Under the pieces are notes generated by a model. It had not been told where the DNA came from, did not search any database, and saw nothing but the letters and a program-made list of their open reading frames with translations. The position numbers and the translations under genes were made by a program. A DNA stretch of 64,000 bases, taken from the NCBI GenBank assembly GCA_046290225.1, contig JBKAGE010000049.1:1-64000 (forward strand). The letters are read 5' to 3'. Positions within the stretch are counted from its first letter, which is position 1, and every line of letters starts with the position of its first letter. Below are positions 56,335 to 64,000 of this stretch, piece after piece. This DNA is from Bradymonadia bacterium. GTDB lineage: Bacteria > Myxococcota_A > Bradymonadia > UBA7976 > UBA1532.

Positions 56335-58176
56335 CTACTGCAAGTCTTCTCGGCGCGTCAGCGGCACCGCCTGTGACGATCCCGAACTCAACAACACCAT
56401 GAACCCGCTGCCGTCTACCGGCACCCCGAAGTCCAGTCGGAAGGGGTCCTGGTTGAACTGGGGCATCAACACCCGAACCCCAGCCCCCACAGTCTGGCGC
56501 AGCGTGAAGTCTTCGCCGCCGGCGTACACATCGCCAGCATCCCAGAACAGCACGCCGCCGAGGTGCACCGAGGCGAGCACCCACGGGCGAGTACGCAGCT
56601 CTACGTTGGTTCGCAGGAAGTTCTCACCGAAACCGAAGAAAGCCTGACTCGGGTAACCCCGCAGGCCGTTGTCACCGCCGAGGGTCACCAAGGAGTTGTT
56701 GCGATCTTTGATGCGCTGCACCCAGACGCCTCGAGCGATGAGACGCCCGACGCCCAGCTGGGGCGTGGCGCCGCGGGCGGTCACAGTCAGCTCCCGGTTG
56801 ATCAGCTCTTCATCTTCATAGCGACCCTCGACGCCCACTGCCCCTTCGATGAGGCCCCCACCGGCGATGTGTACCCACCCCGCAGAGAGGGCGCCTCTGA
56901 GCGACCCCTTGTCGGATCCCAGGGCCGTGAGGGGGCTGCTCAAGCGGGCACCGATCGACGGGCCTACACGGATGTCCTCGCTCTGACCGAAAGTGGCGAG
57001 GTTGGCCAGCGCCTTGAACCGTGGCTGGAAGAACGACCACTCCACGAAGGGTGCCACGCGGGTCAAACGTTGGGGCAGCACATCGGTCTCGAAGGCCGAC
57101 TGCTCTTCGTCAGTGAGTGCCCCGGTCTCGTCATTGGCTTCGGCATCGATGTGCACCGCAGCGACGCCGTAACCCACCCGATGGCGGAACCCCGTGCCCA
57201 CACCCATCTGGTGCGTGCTGGTGAGCTCGGCGATGTAGAACCGCTGGTCCCAGACCCGGGGGATGGACACGGGGTCTGAGTTCTCGTCGGCCTGGAACGT
57301 GTACGTGCGCACCTCACCACCGGTGAGCTGACGCTGCACTCTGACGTCTGTCTGCACCTCGAGCACCAGGCCCCAGGGCTGCTGCAGGTTGTAGAGCGGG
57401 TGGCCGAAGAGCCACGATGTCGAGAAACCCTCTGCCTCGTCGCTGTCGCGGTTGAAGATCACGTCCGCGCTTTGAGCGAGGCGCAGCGGAGCCCCACCGA
57501 GTCGACGATCGACGAACACCTCGCCGACAGAGTACCGGTCGGGGAACATCTGGTAACGCAGTGTGCCCTGCTGATTGAGACCAAAGAGGTTCCGCTCGGT
57601 GATCTGCAACAACAACTGGTCGAACTGGCCCGCGGTGTAGCTGTACGACTGCTCGAGACGCAGTGACCAGAGATCGCGGGTGAGCACCAGGATCCCCACC
57701 TCATCTTCAGAGTCGGCCTTCACCGGCGCGATGGCCACGAGGGAAAAGATGCCCAGGCTGCGCAGGTTGCGGATGCTCTCGTACACCCGCACGCACTTGA
57801 AGGGCTGCCCCTGAGACACCAACAGCTCCTGCTCAATGATGCGGGGCTTCGTCAGCCAGTGCAGCGCGTTGGGAAACGTGGGCCACAGCTCGTCTTCCGC
57901 GAAGACATCCCGGCGGGCGATCCGCACGAAGGCGACGCGTTTGCCGAGCGGGTTTGCCTCGAAGGCGAGCCCTTCAGCCTTGAGGGCCCGAGCGAGGCGC
58001 TGGCCCTGGTAGGTCTCACCGCCGACGTTGAGGGCGCTCACACACGAGCCATCTTCGGCGTTGAGGGCTTTGCTCGTCTCGGCCTTCGCGCTTTGTTCAG
58101 GCCCGGACTGCCCCCAGGCAAGCCCGGCCCAGAGCACCAGAAGCACCACGAGTAGAGATCTGATTCGAATACGCAT
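56335..58176 (-). CDS. Omp85 (BamA/TamA-like) outer-membrane protein
   Basis: POTRA-like TKPRIIEQELL...ESIRNLRSLGIF; ERNLFG; LGGDNGLRGY; FWDAG...GAGVR; TGATG overlap with the rluA-like gene. Confidence 0.88.
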   Translation of the reverse strand: MRIRIRSLLVVLLVLWAGLAWGQSGPEQSAKAETSKALNAEDGSCVSALNVGGETYQGQRLARALKAEGLAFEANPLGKRVAFVRIARRDVFAEDELWPTFPNALHWLTKPRIIEQELLVSQGQPFKCVRVYESIRNLRSLGIFSLVAIAPVKADSEDEVGILVLTRDLWSLRLEQSYSYTAGQFDQLLLQITERNLFGLNQQGTLRYQMFPDRYSVGEVFVDRRLGGAPLRLAQSADVIFNRDSDEAEGFSTSWLFGHPLYNLQQPWGLVLEVQTDVRVQRQLTGGEVRTYTFQADENSDPVSIPRVWDQRFYIAELTSTHQMGVGTGFRHRVGYGVAAVHIDAEANDETGALTDEEQSAFETDVLPQRLTRVAPFVEWSFFQPRFKALANLATFGQSEDIRVGPSIGARLSSPLTALGSDKGSLRGALSAGWVHIAGGGLIEGAVGVEGRYEDEELINRELTVTARGATPQLGVGRLIARGVWVQRIKDRNNSLVTLGGDNGLRGYPSQAFFGFGENFLRTNVELRTRPWVLASVHLGGVLFWDAGDVYAGGEDFTLRQTVGAGVRVLMPQFNQDPFRLDFGVPVDGSGFMVLLSSGSSQAVPLTRREDLQ

Positions 58177-58952
58177 CAGCGAGGTTTCCAGCGCCGGGGA
58201 CAAGCCACGCCCAACTCTTCGAGGAACTTCAGGTGGGTCTCCGGCAAGGGGGCGTTGAACTGCACCCCACGGCCTGTGACCGGATCAGTGAACCCCAAAG
58301 TGCCCGCGTGCAGAAAAAACGCCCGCTTGCTGGACCGGGCAAAGCGCCGATCGAGCTCACCACGGCGGCCATACTCTCGATCCCCCACCACCGGGCTGCC
58401 ACGGTGGGCCATGTGTGCCCTGATCTGATGCAGGCGGCCGGTCTTGATGCGGCACTGAACCAACGAGACGCCCCGAGCCCGGGACACGATCTCGTAGCGG
58501 GTCTCCGCGGGCTCTGCCCGGGGGTGCTCGCCCACCTGTGCCTGCTTGCGGCCGTCTCGCCTGATCTCCCGGATCGGGGTACGCTCGACGCCCTTGGACG
58601 GCCGAGGGCCTCCGTGCACCAACGCCACGTATTCCTTGAGCAAAGTACGCTTGGCGAACTGTTGCCTCAGGCCATCGTAGCCCTCGATGGACAGCCCGAC
58701 GACCAGCAGCCCGCTCGTCGGTCGATCGAGGCGGTGCAACAAACCGAAGTCACGAGATTTACCAAGGTTCTGAAGCGCCTTACCATAGCGGGCGAAGAGG
58801 CCGTTGAGCACAGTGTCCCGGGTGTGGCCCACCCCTGGCTGGGTCACCACACCAGAGGGCTTGCTCACCACGAGAAAGTGCGGCCCCTCGTAGACAACTT
58901 CGAGGGGCACCCGGGGGTTGGGGTGCACGCTGAGCTGGGGTCCGTCAGACAT
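58176..58952 (-). CDS. RluA-family pseudouridine synthase
   Basis: KPSG, HRLDRPTSG, TGRLHQIRAH, GDREYG, LHA. Confidence 0.95.
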   Translation of the reverse strand: MSDGPQLSVHPNPRVPLEVVYEGPHFLVVSKPSGVVTQPGVGHTRDTVLNGLFARYGKALQNLGKSRDFGLLHRLDRPTSGLLVVGLSIEGYDGLRQQFAKRTLLKEYVALVHGGPRPSKGVERTPIREIRRDGRKQAQVGEHPRAEPAETRYEIVSRARGVSLVQCRIKTGRLHQIRAHMAHRGSPVVGDREYGRRGELDRRFARSSKRAFFLHAGTLGFTDPVTGRGVQFNAPLPETHLKFLEELGVACPRRWKPR

Positions 58953-59033
58953 GACCTCATGGGTAGCCCACCACCCCGCCGATTGCTAGGTTCCCGCTGA
59001 CATCAGCGCACCGAGATTCGCCAAGGAGCACAC

Positions 59034-59396
59034 ATGACCGTCGTCGTGACCAACCGCATCCCCGTCAACGAAGGCCACGAGATCGACTTCGAAGACCGGT
59101 TCCGCAACCGCATCCACCTCGTGGACCAGTCCCCGGGCTTCATTCGGAACGAGGTCCATCGACCGCGGCCCATGAAGTTCGACCACGAGACCGGCGGCTG
59201 GGTGAAGGACGACGAGAAGCAGGGCTACTACGAGATCAAGACGTGGTGGAAGTCGATGGCGGACTTCGTCGCCTGGACCAGGAGCGACTTCTTCCGCCAG
59301 GCCCACGCCAACCGACCCCCGAAGGACATGTTCGCCGGCCCCTCGGAGATCGTGATCCACGAGATCGTCACCAGCACCGACCTGCCCGAAGACTGA
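59034..59396 (+). CDS. ABM-domain monooxygenase (IsdG/HmoA-like)
   Basis: VVTNRIPV...FEDRF..R...PGF...W.S..DF.AW..S..F..AH; AAGGAG RBS. Confidence 0.85.
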   Translation: MTVVVTNRIPVNEGHEIDFEDRFRNRIHLVDQSPGFIRNEVHRPRPMKFDHETGGWVKDDEKQGYYEIKTWWKSMADFVAWTRSDFFRQAHANRPPKDMFAGPSEIVIHEIVTSTDLPED

Positions 59397-59464
59397 AGCC
59401 TCACGCTGATCGCCTCTCACCGAGCAGCTGCGACCGGCGGTGCTCCATCAACATCTGCAGATTC

Positions 59465-61519
59465 ATGGCTCATACTCCACCACGACCCCCGAAACGCCCT
59501 CATGTGCACGTGGCCCACGGTCACGAGCGGATCGACCCCTACCACTGGATGCGGGACGATCATCGCCAAGATGAGGAAATCTTGGCCCACCTGAAGGCCG
59601 AGAACGCCTACACCGAGGCCATGACCGCCGATCTGGCCCCGCTGCGGGAGACCCTGCTCGAAGAGCTCAAGGGCAGGATCCCACAAGCGGAGAGCAGCGT
59701 GCCGGTGCGCATCGGTCCCTGGTGGTACGCCACAGAATATCGAGAGGGTCAGGACTACCCGCTCTATACGCGCTCGGCGACCGCAGAGGGCGAGCGCGAG
59801 GTGATGCTCGATCTCAACACCCTCGCCGAGCCCCACGCCTACTACGCCATCTCTCAATGGTCGGTGAGCGACGACTGCCGATTGCTGGCCTACGCCGAAG
59901 ACACTGTGAGCCGCCGCATCTACACGATCCGGTTCAAAGATCTCACCACGGGGGAGACCCTCGAAGAGTCGATCCCTGGTACTTCAGGGGCCCTGGCCTG
60001 GGCCGCCGACAATCAGACGGTGTATTACGCCCGCCGGGACGAGACAACGCTTCGGCCCTGCGAGATCTGGCGCCACACGCTGGGCACCGACCCATCGGAA
60101 GACGTGAAGGTCTACACCGAGACCGATGAGACCTTCGCCCTCTACCAGCTCGGCCGCACCCGGGATCGCAGCCATGTGGCCATCACCGCCTACAGCACCC
60201 TGAGCACCGAGGTGCTGCTGGTGCCTGCAGATGATCCCACTGCGCCGCTCACGCCGGTGATCCCTCGACAGCGCGATCACAAATACGCCGTCGACCTGCA
60301 CGGCGGACTGGCCTTCGTGCGCACCAACGAAGGCGCCCTCGACTTCCGGCTGATCTCGGTCCCTCTGGACCAGGCCGCCGACCGCAGCGCCTGGCAGGAG
60401 GTCGTGCCCCATCGCCCCGGGGTATTCCTCGCCGACGCCCAGATCTTCGACGACTTCATCGCTCTGGAGATCCGTGAGGCGGCGGTCCTCGGTGTACGCC
60501 TGCTCGAACGCGCCACGGGCGAGGTGCACGCCGTGGCCTTCGACGACGCGGTACACGTGGCCACCCTCAGCCTCAACCCCGAGGTCTCCGAGCCTCAAGT
60601 GCGCCTCGGCTACAGCAGCCCCGTCACGCCACAGTCCACATATGACTATGACCCTGTGGGCCGCGCCCTCACACTGCGCAAACGCCGGGAGATCCCCGGA
60701 GGCTTCGAGGCGAGCCGCTATGACACCGAGTGGGTACAGGTCACCGCCAGAGACGGTGCCGTCGTACCGGTCTCGGTGACCTACCCCGCCGGCGTGACCC
60801 GAGACGGCTCCGCCCCGATGTATCTCTATGGTTATGGCTCGTACGGATACTCCCTGGATCCGGATTTCAATCTGAACCGCCTGAGCCTGCTCGATCGCGG
60901 CTTCGTGGTGGCCACGGCCCACATCCGCGGGGGCCAGGAGCGGGGCCGCCGCTGGTACGACCAGGGCCGCATGCTCAACAAGCGCAACACCTTCACCGAC
61001 TTCATCGACTGCGCCGAGCGCTTGATGGACCTGGGGTTCTCCTCACCTGAGCGCACAGTGGCCGGCGGCGGCAGCGCCGGGGGCCTGCTCATGGGGGCGG
61101 TGATGAACATGCGCCCCGATCTGTTCAAGGCGGTCTACGCCGCGGTGCCCTTCGTCGACGTGGTCTCCACCATGCTGGACGACAGCATCCCCCTGACCAC
61201 GGGAGAGTACGACGAGTGGGGCAACCCCAACGACAAAGCGTACTACGACTACATCTTGTCGTACTCGCCTTATGACAACGTCTCTGATCAGGCCTACCCC
61301 ACGATGTACGTGACCACGGGGCTCCACGACTCACAGGTGCAGTACTGGGAGCCGGCGAAGTGGGTGGCCTGCTTGCGGGACCATCAGCAGGGTGACGGCG
61401 CCATCATGTTGGAAGCAGATCTCGACACGGGCCATGGCGGGGCTTCGGGGCGCTTCAAACGGCTCGAGCAGACCGCTCGGGTCTATGCCTTCATGATCCG
61501 CTCAGTGAGCGCCGGCTGA
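59465..61519 (+). CDS. ptrB: Oligopeptidase B (peptidase S9A)
   Basis: DPYHWMRD, YGYGSYG, HIRGG, GGSAGG, HDSQVQYWEPAKW, GHGGASGR. Confidence 0.95.
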   Translation: MAHTPPRPPKRPHVHVAHGHERIDPYHWMRDDHRQDEEILAHLKAENAYTEAMTADLAPLRETLLEELKGRIPQAESSVPVRIGPWWYATEYREGQDYPLYTRSATAEGEREVMLDLNTLAEPHAYYAISQWSVSDDCRLLAYAEDTVSRRIYTIRFKDLTTGETLEESIPGTSGALAWAADNQTVYYARRDETTLRPCEIWRHTLGTDPSEDVKVYTETDETFALYQLGRTRDRSHVAITAYSTLSTEVLLVPADDPTAPLTPVIPRQRDHKYAVDLHGGLAFVRTNEGALDFRLISVPLDQAADRSAWQEVVPHRPGVFLADAQIFDDFIALEIREAAVLGVRLLERATGEVHAVAFDDAVHVATLSLNPEVSEPQVRLGYSSPVTPQSTYDYDPVGRALTLRKRREIPGGFEASRYDTEWVQVTARDGAVVPVSVTYPAGVTRDGSAPMYLYGYGSYGYSLDPDFNLNRLSLLDRGFVVATAHIRGGQERGRRWYDQGRMLNKRNTFTDFIDCAERLMDLGFSSPERTVAGGGSAGGLLMGAVMNMRPDLFKAVYAAVPFVDVVSTMLDDSIPLTTGEYDEWGNPNDKAYYDYILSYSPYDNVSDQAYPTMYVTTGLHDSQVQYWEPAKWVACLRDHQQGDGAIMLEADLDTGHGGASGRFKRLEQTARVYAFMIRSVSAG

Positions 61520-61532
61520 TCGTCCAGAACAC

Positions 61533-61551
61533 GATGCCCTGTCTGGGCATC
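61533..61551. terminator. Hairpin between convergent genes
   Basis: GATGCCC-TGTCT-GGGCATC, 7-bp stem; no U-tract. Confidence 0.35.
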
Positions 61552-62488
61552 ACCGCTTGCCCTTGAGCACCACGGGCGGGGCCGTCAGTAACTCAGCGCA
61601 AAACGAATCCTCGAAATGCTTGGCTTTGTCTGCGAAGTAAGAGCAGGTCAGCGCCACCCACCGTTCGCGCACGTGGGCCGAAGCGTGAATCACGTGCAGT
61701 GTGGTCGATGGTCCGGGGCTTCCCCAATCCACCAGAGTCTCAGTGCAGGTGGTCTCTACCTCCTCGAGCTTGCAGGGGTACACGTTGTGCCCTGTGGCGG
61801 TCGTGTCTGCCACGTCTACATCATGCTTCTTCAGCTTTTCACGCGCAGCTTTGTTGTAGTCGACCGCGTCTTTTTTCGAAGGCGCGACGACCCAGGAGAT
61901 CTGCCCGTGATCACATTGGATGTTCGTATCTGAGTACGACCGACACTTGTCTGCGATGTCGATGGGTCGCCCGATGAACCTGAACTCGCGTATGGACTGC
62001 GCTTTTTCCAGGAGCACTTGAGGGACCCCCTCGGAGAGGAGCGCGGACAACACCTTTCGGCCCTGCTTCTGGTCCACGATCTTGTTGTTCTCGGTGTATT
62101 GAATCAGGGCCGACGACTCTCGCGTGTAGGCCGGGTCGACCGTCATCACTCCACGCCCATGGCTCATGTCCACCACGATGACGTCGTGTGACTTGCCCTT
62201 GACCTGAAGTGTCTCCCGGCTGACGACTGTGGCGTTCGAGTCTTGAACAGCCCGGTCGAGTAGTGTGTTTGCCGGCGCCATCGAGTGAGGCGCGAGAATC
62301 ATCAGCAGCGCAAAGCTGGGCTGAATGTCTTCACAAAAGATTGTGATCCGCGAGTCCCTGATCTCGACGCGCTTGCACGCAGCCTTCCAATCAAACGGTG
62401 CCTCCGCAGTCTCTGCCGCCGTCAATGACGGGGTCGCCACCCAAAACGCCCAGAAAACCACGCTCTTGAGGAAGCGTACGTGCAGCAT
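61550..62488 (-). CDS. Secreted hypothetical protein with paired Cys
   Basis: AGGAG RBS; signal-like N-terminus; 312-aa ORF filling the gap between neighbours. Confidence 0.7.
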   Translation of the reverse strand: MLHVRFLKSVVFWAFWVATPSLTAAETAEAPFDWKAACKRVEIRDSRITIFCEDIQPSFALLMILAPHSMAPANTLLDRAVQDSNATVVSRETLQVKGKSHDVIVVDMSHGRGVMTVDPAYTRESSALIQYTENNKIVDQKQGRKVLSALLSEGVPQVLLEKAQSIREFRFIGRPIDIADKCRSYSDTNIQCDHGQISWVVAPSKKDAVDYNKAAREKLKKHDVDVADTTATGHNVYPCKLEEVETTCTETLVDWGSPGPSTTLHVIHASAHVRERWVALTCSYFADKAKHFEDSFCAELLTAPPVVLKGKR

Positions 62489-62761
62489 CTCGTGCTCCTA
62501 TCTCGGCTCGACCCCGCGTTGAAACCGGATGGCCGTCCGCCGCTGAGGCTAGAGCATCATGCCCCAAAATCAACCGTGTCGAGCCATCAGTCGCCCCCAT
62601 CAACCCACCCGAACCTCACGACGCCCGTGCCTCATACGCATGCGCTGCACATCTGCAGTTTCCATCTGCATGGTTGTGCGTTGATGCACACCGCCGCCGC
62701 CGCCATGCTCTGAATCACACCAGACAGTTCACCACAACACATCACTGATGGAGCGCCCGCC

Positions 62762-63364
62762 ATGAAATACATGACGATGGGTCTGTTCACCCTCAGCCTC
62801 GGCCTGATGGCCTGCAACTCCGCCACTGCCAAGAAGCCCACCGCTCAGGCAGCCAAAGCTGCCCATGAGAGCATCCCCATCAGCACGCTGACCAAAGCGC
62901 CACGGCGGGTCACCACCGTCACGCGGCTCAACGTGCCCGTCAAAGAGGCCTTCGCATACCTCGGCAACCACCAGAACCTGCTCGAATACTCGAACGGTAT
63001 TCTGGGCAAGGTGAGCGTCGATGGCAGCGGAGCCAGCGAGGCCAACGGCGTAGGCACCAAGCGAGTGTGCGAGACTGCCAACGGCACCGACAAGTTCGTC
63101 GAGACCATCGTCTACTTCAAGGCGCCCTACGTCTTCGCTTACGCCGCCACGGAGAACACCTGGGGGCTCACCGATCACCTGGCCACCGTGAGCCTCAAGC
63201 CCGACGGCAAAGGCGGCACCCTCGTGCAGTGGGACCAGTACTTCAACCACGTGAAGCCCGAGATGGCCCCTCAGGTGGCCATGAACATCAAGGGCATGCT
63301 CCAGGGCAAGATCCTGCCATACCTCACCGGCAAGTTCGGCGGTGAGATCCTGCCCCAGGGCTGA
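62762..63364 (+). CDS. SRPBCC/polyketide-cyclase family protein with lipoprotein signal
   Basis: LMA-C lipobox; LNVPVKEAF..L, GVGTKRVC, FVETI, GGTLVQW. Confidence 0.82.
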   Translation: MKYMTMGLFTLSLGLMACNSATAKKPTAQAAKAAHESIPISTLTKAPRRVTTVTRLNVPVKEAFAYLGNHQNLLEYSNGILGKVSVDGSGASEANGVGTKRVCETANGTDKFVETIVYFKAPYVFAYAATENTWGLTDHLATVSLKPDGKGGTLVQWDQYFNHVKPEMAPQVAMNIKGMLQGKILPYLTGKFGGEILPQG

Positions 63365-63367
63365 GCA

Positions 63368-64000
63368 ATGCAGCTGCTTGTGTTGCCATTGCTCGCGATC
63401 CTGCTCAGTTGTTCCACGGTGGCGGCCCCCAACGACAGCGAGCCTCTACAATGGTACGAGCGCACACTGCCCATGGATCGAGCCACAGCGACGCTTGAGG
63501 TCGACGGCCTGGCAGTGAAGATGACCTATGGCATCGTAGGCAAGCCGGAGTGCCGCCGGACCGGTACGTCCTGCCCCGTCATGGTGGTATTGCCGGGTGG
63601 GGCGCAGAACGACAACCTGATGTCCGAGGGGTTGCGGCCCTGGGCCGAAGACCTCGAGGCTCGGGGTTGGCTGGTACTCAGTCCGGTGGCCCTCGATGGA
63701 GAGCACCTGTTCTTCGGAGATCACGCGGCGGGCTCGGGACTCGACCAGTGGCTGGCCCACGTGAGCACCCACTATGGACGCACCGGTCGACCCTTCACCC
63801 TCGTCGGTGTGAGCAATGGTGGCATCAGCGCGCTGCAACTCGCCGCCCGGCATCCTGGCAGGTTCGCCCATGTGCTCGTTGCTCCGGGGTATATGCCCCA
63901 GACGACAGCTGTCGAGGCTTTTGGCGCTCAGCGTGTCACGTTCGTGATCGGCGAGCACGACACATGGCGGGCTGAAACCGAGCAGTCAGCACATCGGCTG
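63368..64000 (+). CDS. Alpha/beta-hydrolase (esterase-like) lipoprotein, partial; runs off the window
   Basis: My translation: MQLLVLPLLAILLS-C...VVLPGG...LVGVSNGGISA...VIGEHD with no stop to the end; absent from the ORF track. Confidence 0.85.
   Translation, partial: MQLLVLPLLAILLSCSTVAAPNDSEPLQWYERTLPMDRATATLEVDGLAVKMTYGIVGKPECRRTGTSCPVMVVLPGGAQNDNLMSEGLRPWAEDLEARGWLVLSPVALDGEHLFFGDHAAGSGLDQWLAHVSTHYGRTGRPFTLVGVSNGGISALQLAARHPGRFAHVLVAPGYMPQTTAVEAFGAQRVTFVIGEHDTWRAETEQSAHRL

Overview
High-GC (about 65-70%) bacterial DNA, most consistent with a Myxococcota/Bradymonadia-type deltaproteobacterium. That assignment is inferred from MYXO-CTERM tails, myxobacterial Cys-rich repeats, an FHA-sigma54 activator and many lipoproteins with Gly- or Asp-rich linkers. 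Housekeeping genes: gltB-gltD, pdxS-pdxT, an RluA-family synthase coupled to an Omp85 gene, oligopeptidase B, two USPs, LysR. The most striking structure is a tightly coupled ~17.8 kb four-gene surface-protein operon (8.9-26.7 kb) behind a sigma54-like promoter. It encodes (A) an Ig-stalk lipoprotein with a trunk, a (CCG)7 poly-Pro hinge, a Cys-rich rod and a distinct C-terminal tip; (B) a secreted partner; (C) a 3564-aa giant with Ca-binding repeats, VWA, IPT and three copies of a ~230-aa domain I cannot name; and (D) a propeller/Cys-repeat lipoprotein. A ~320-bp nested palindrome (REPIN/MITE-like) follows directly. Other notable items: the end of an IS5-like transposase that appears to truncate a low-GC metzincin/TSP3/giant beta-helix gene; a cytochrome c-PHM-type copper monooxygenase with a His-motif partner; an M4 protease with five extra Cys-paired repeats; an MCP-PilZ fusion; a lipase with a histone-like tail. 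No rRNA, tRNA or CRISPR array was seen. All family calls are from motif recognition by eye; no searches were run.
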